Assembly: GCA_027023445.1 (NCBI GenBank) | Contig: JALVVK010000126.1 | Coordinates: forward strand, 4,740-68,739 | Length of the DNA stretch: 64,000 bases | Reading direction: 5' to 3' | Origin: Deltaproteobacteria bacterium | Lineage (GTDB): Bacteria; Desulfobacterota; Dissulfuribacteria; Dissulfuribacterales; JALVPX01 | Shown here: positions 61,292-64,000 of the stretch, piece by piece | How the letters are laid out: every line of letters begins with the position of its first letter | How positions within the stretch are numbered: the first letter of the stretch is position 1 | Notes under the pieces: generated by a model | Seen by the model: only the letters and a program-made list of their open reading frames with translations | Told to the model about the DNA's origin: nothing | Database searches by the model: none | Translations under genes and position numbers: made by a program

Positions 61292-62229
61292 GCAATCTCC
61301 CGGTCCGCTTTCCATGGGTGGCAATTGCGGGGCCTACCGCCGTGGGCAAAACCGATCTTTCTCTAAGGCTTGCCAGGGAAATAAACGCCGAGATCGTGAA
61401 CTTTGATTCGGTCCAGGTATACAGGGGCCTTGATATCGGCAGCGCCAAACCAACCGCAGAGGAAAGGTCCGAGGTGCCGCATCACCTGATCGATATACTG
61501 GACCCTGATGAACCCTTTGACGCGGCCATGTACGCAAGAAAGGCCAGGGGCGTCATCCGCGGCATCACCAGCCGTGGCAGGACGGTTCTGCTTGTCGGGG
61601 GCACCGGGCTGTACCTGAGGGCATTACTCTCGGGTCTTGCGGCAGGCCCCGGGGCGGATCCAATGGTCAGGGCGTACCTTCGCAGGCTTCTTGAATCCAT
61701 GGGGGCTGCGGCGCTTCACGGCATCCTCATGGAAAGGGACCCTGATGCCGCCCGCTCCATACATCCCAATGATGTCTTCAGGGTGATCAGGGCGCTGGAG
61801 GTATGTGAGCTTACCGGCAGGAGCATGACACAGTGGCGCAGGATGCAAAAAAAAATGGAGACACACACCGCCTTTTGTATAAAGATAGGGCTTGCGCGTC
61901 CAAGGCACGAGCTTTACCAGCGTATCAATTCAAGGGTGGACCAGATGCTTAAGGAAGGCCTTATTGAGGAGGTTGAAAATCTTTTATCCAGGGGATATTC
62001 TCCCAGACTCAAATCACTCCAGGCACTGGGTTACAGGCATATGACCGATTATCTGAAAGGAACATGCCCGCTGGCAGACGCGGCAAGGCTGCTTAAAAGA
62101 GACACCAGACGCTACGCGAAACGACAGATGACGTGGTTTCGCGCCGACAGCGGGTTCAGGTGGTTCCATCCGGACGAACTGCTGCAGGCAGATTCAATCT
62201 GGAGAAGGCTCGCAGGGAAAGGAGCCTGA
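61288..62229 (+). CDS. miaA: tRNA dimethylallyltransferase
   Basis: GPTAVGKT, DSVQVYRGLDIGSAKP, VGGTGLY, YAKRQMTWF. Confidence 0.95.
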   Translation: MSNLPVRFPWVAIAGPTAVGKTDLSLRLAREINAEIVNFDSVQVYRGLDIGSAKPTAEERSEVPHHLIDILDPDEPFDAAMYARKARGVIRGITSRGRTVLLVGGTGLYLRALLSGLAAGPGADPMVRAYLRRLLESMGAAALHGILMERDPDAARSIHPNDVFRVIRALEVCELTGRSMTQWRRMQKKMETHTAFCIKIGLARPRHELYQRINSRVDQMLKEGLIEEVENLLSRGYSPRLKSLQALGYRHMTDYLKGTCPLADAARLLKRDTRRYAKRQMTWFRADSGFRWFHPDELLQADSIWRRLAGKGA

Positions 62230-62232
62230 ACC

Positions 62233-62778
62233 TTGAACTTTCCCAATCTTCTCACCCTCCTACGGATACTCCTTACCCCGCTTATGGTAATCCTGCTTAT
62301 AGACGGTAAAATTCTTGAGGCGTTCGGGATATTTATCCTGGCAGGCCTTACCGATGCCCTGGACGGTTTCCTGGCAAGACTGCTCAGACAGAAAACCAGG
62401 GTTGGCGCTATCCTCGATCCAATAGCGGACAAACTTCTCCTGAACTCGTCTTACGTGGCACTTTCCATCATGGGCCTTGTCCCGGGATGGCTGGCGGTAG
62501 TGGTCATAAGCAGGGACGTAATCATCGTTTTCGGCGTGTTGCTGCTATTCCTGATTCACGGCGGGGTTGAGATAAAACCCACGCTGCTGGGTAAACTAAC
62601 TACCTTTACCCAGCTTCTTACCATATTCTGCGCGTTCTGGCGCTACGAATACGACCTGATCGCCCCCTTCATGTCTCTGCTGTTCCTGGCAGTAGCCCTC
62701 AGCACCGTTGCCTCGGGCATGCACTACATGGCCCTTGGAATAAGGTATCTGGGGGAGGAGGAACACGGACAGGAATAA
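62233..62778 (+). CDS. pgsA: CDP-alcohol phosphatidyltransferase (PgsA-like)
   Basis: PNLLTLLR, TDALDGFLAR, GAILDPIADK. Confidence 0.85.
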   Translation: MNFPNLLTLLRILLTPLMVILLIDGKILEAFGIFILAGLTDALDGFLARLLRQKTRVGAILDPIADKLLLNSSYVALSIMGLVPGWLAVVVISRDVIIVFGVLLLFLIHGGVEIKPTLLGKLTTFTQLLTIFCAFWRYEYDLIAPFMSLLFLAVALSTVASGMHYMALGIRYLGEEEHGQE

Positions 62779-62803
62779 TAAGCGGAATGGGAGCTCTGTT
62801 TTC

Positions 62804-62874
62804 GGACACAGATAAACACAGACTGCGTACACAGATAAAGAAAAAATCTGCGTGATCCGTGTTCATCTGTGTCC
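62804..62874. repeat. Inverted repeat built from 9-mer units; probable bidirectional terminator/REP-like element
   Basis: GGACACAGATAAACAC / GTGTTCATCTGTGTCC; three ACACAGA units and three ATCYGYGT units between convergent genes. Confidence 0.75.
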
Positions 62875-62886
62875 TATCATCCCGGA

Positions 62887-63627
62887 TTATGCCTTTTCTG
62901 TCACCATCTTTATGGCCGCCATGAGTACGTCACGCCTTGTGGGAGCCTTCACGTTTTCCCAGGTTTTCTCATGCGGTGTACATTTCTCAGCCAGCAGATG
63001 CAGATCCTTCTTAGATCCCATGTAATACACGTTGGGCCCGATGTTCACCTCGCTTGAGGTCAGGCGCTTTGCCCCCTTTTCATGCACAAGCTTGTAGACA
63101 TCTGAAGACTTGTCAGACAGATCTCCAAATATGCGGGCGTCCGTGATGCAGGTCTTCACGCACGCTGGCACCTCTCCGTGTTCCACCCTTTCCATGCAAA
63201 AAGTGCATTTGTCCGCCTTGGGGTTATCCAGGTTTTCATTAAGGTATCTGGCACCATAAGGACAAGCCTCCACGCAGGAGCCACATCCGAGGCACCTTTC
63301 CTTGTCAATCAGAACCGCCCCGGTAAAGGGATCCTTGTAGGTGGCCGCGATTTCCATAGTGATCTTTTTCCCTGTCTTGGAATCCGTAAACTCCCTCTTC
63401 ACAGGATCTGCCGGGCAAACCTCCACGCAGACAGGATGATCACAGTGATTGCAAAGCCCGGGATAAAAGGTATATGACATTCCATAGGGCGTTTTGGCAG
63501 GCCCCAGTCTCTTTACCCAGTTTCTTCTATATGGCACAGGAATGTTCCATTCCGCCCTGCAGGCAAGGGCGCATGCATGACATCCCACACAACGGTCAAG
63601 ATCTATTACCATGGCATATTGGCTCAT
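62887..63627 (-). CDS. 4Fe-4S electron-transfer subunit of a molybdopterin oxidoreductase (PsrB/PhsB/DmsB family)
   Basis: CVGCHACALAC, CNHCDHPVCVEVCP, CLGCGSCVEACPY, KCTFC, PACVKTC. Confidence 0.92.
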   Translation of the reverse strand: MSQYAMVIDLDRCVGCHACALACRAEWNIPVPYRRNWVKRLGPAKTPYGMSYTFYPGLCNHCDHPVCVEVCPADPVKREFTDSKTGKKITMEIAATYKDPFTGAVLIDKERCLGCGSCVEACPYGARYLNENLDNPKADKCTFCMERVEHGEVPACVKTCITDARIFGDLSDKSSDVYKLVHEKGAKRLTSSEVNIGPNVYYMGSKKDLHLLAEKCTPHEKTWENVKAPTRRDVLMAAIKMVTEKA

Positions 63628-63637
63628 TTGAATCCTC

Positions 63638-64000
63638 CTATGACGCCTTTCTCATCTTAAAACGGGGAATTTCAGGCGGCAGCGGCCTGAGTTCGGGAAT
63701 GCTGAGTTTCTTCCCATCCTTGATAAGACATACAAAATTTGACCTGTGGCCTGATGCGCCCATGAACGGATCCTGTCTATAATTCGTTATCATGAATTGG
63801 TCGCTTGCCCCTTTCCCGTAGGTTTTTGTGAGGAGAGGGGATCTGCTTCCAAAGCCGTGGGGCAGGTACACAGTATCAGGCCTGATTCCGGCGGTTACAA
63901 ATAAAGTGACCGGGTTGGACCTGTAGCCAGCCTGGTTTTCCATGATCACGGTTTCTCCGTCTTTGACGCCGATTCTGGTCGCTATCTCGTCGTTGATCCA
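63638..64000 (-). CDS. C-terminal part of a molybdopterin oxidoreductase catalytic subunit (PsrA/PhsA-like), 5' truncated by the window
   Basis: Open to the window end: WINDEIATRIGVKDGETV...GIRPDTVYLPHGFG (dinucleotide-binding domain). Confidence 0.85.
   Translation of the reverse strand, partial: WINDEIATRIGVKDGETVIMENQAGYRSNPVTLFVTAGIRPDTVYLPHGFGSRSPLLTKTYGKGASDQFMITNYRQDPFMGASGHRSNFVCLIKDGKKLSIPELRPLPPEIPRFKMRKAS

Noticed and set aside
1..64000. Replication origin or terminus from GC skew
   Set aside because: Spot counts by eye were inconsistent; a computed cumulative skew is needed.

Overview
A mostly housekeeping chromosomal segment from a sulfur-cycling Desulfobacterota (deltaproteobacterial) genome. 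The lineage is inferred from a two-Cys DsrC, sigma54/NtrC-type systems and a PsrAB/PhsAB-like molybdoenzyme. Recognisable core genes: ddl, dsrC, fusA, pyrR, pdxA, tsaE, acs, ispD, glcD, dnaA (divergent copy), purN-like, addAB, ftsB, speE, uvrC, mutL, miaA and pgsA. I found no rRNA, tRNA, CRISPR array, prophage or intact transposase. The most notable items are: (1) a sigma54-driven operon of TauE, TIGR02186, a PEP-synthase-like His-phosphotransferase lacking the pyruvate domain, a lone receiver and two USP-like proteins, with a structured leader and an adjacent two-component system; (2) a stand-alone YcaO-TPR enzyme directly upstream of dsrC; (3) a Zn-ribbon/RimK-type ATP-grasp pair reminiscent of LysW/LysX; (4) several families of non-autonomous intergenic repeats (duplicated 125-bp composite element, ~78-bp MITE-like element, heptamer arrays, 9-mer inverted repeat); (5) a divergent dnaA with DnaA boxes; and (6) a birA pseudogene. 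All family assignments come from recognising motifs by eye, not from database searches.
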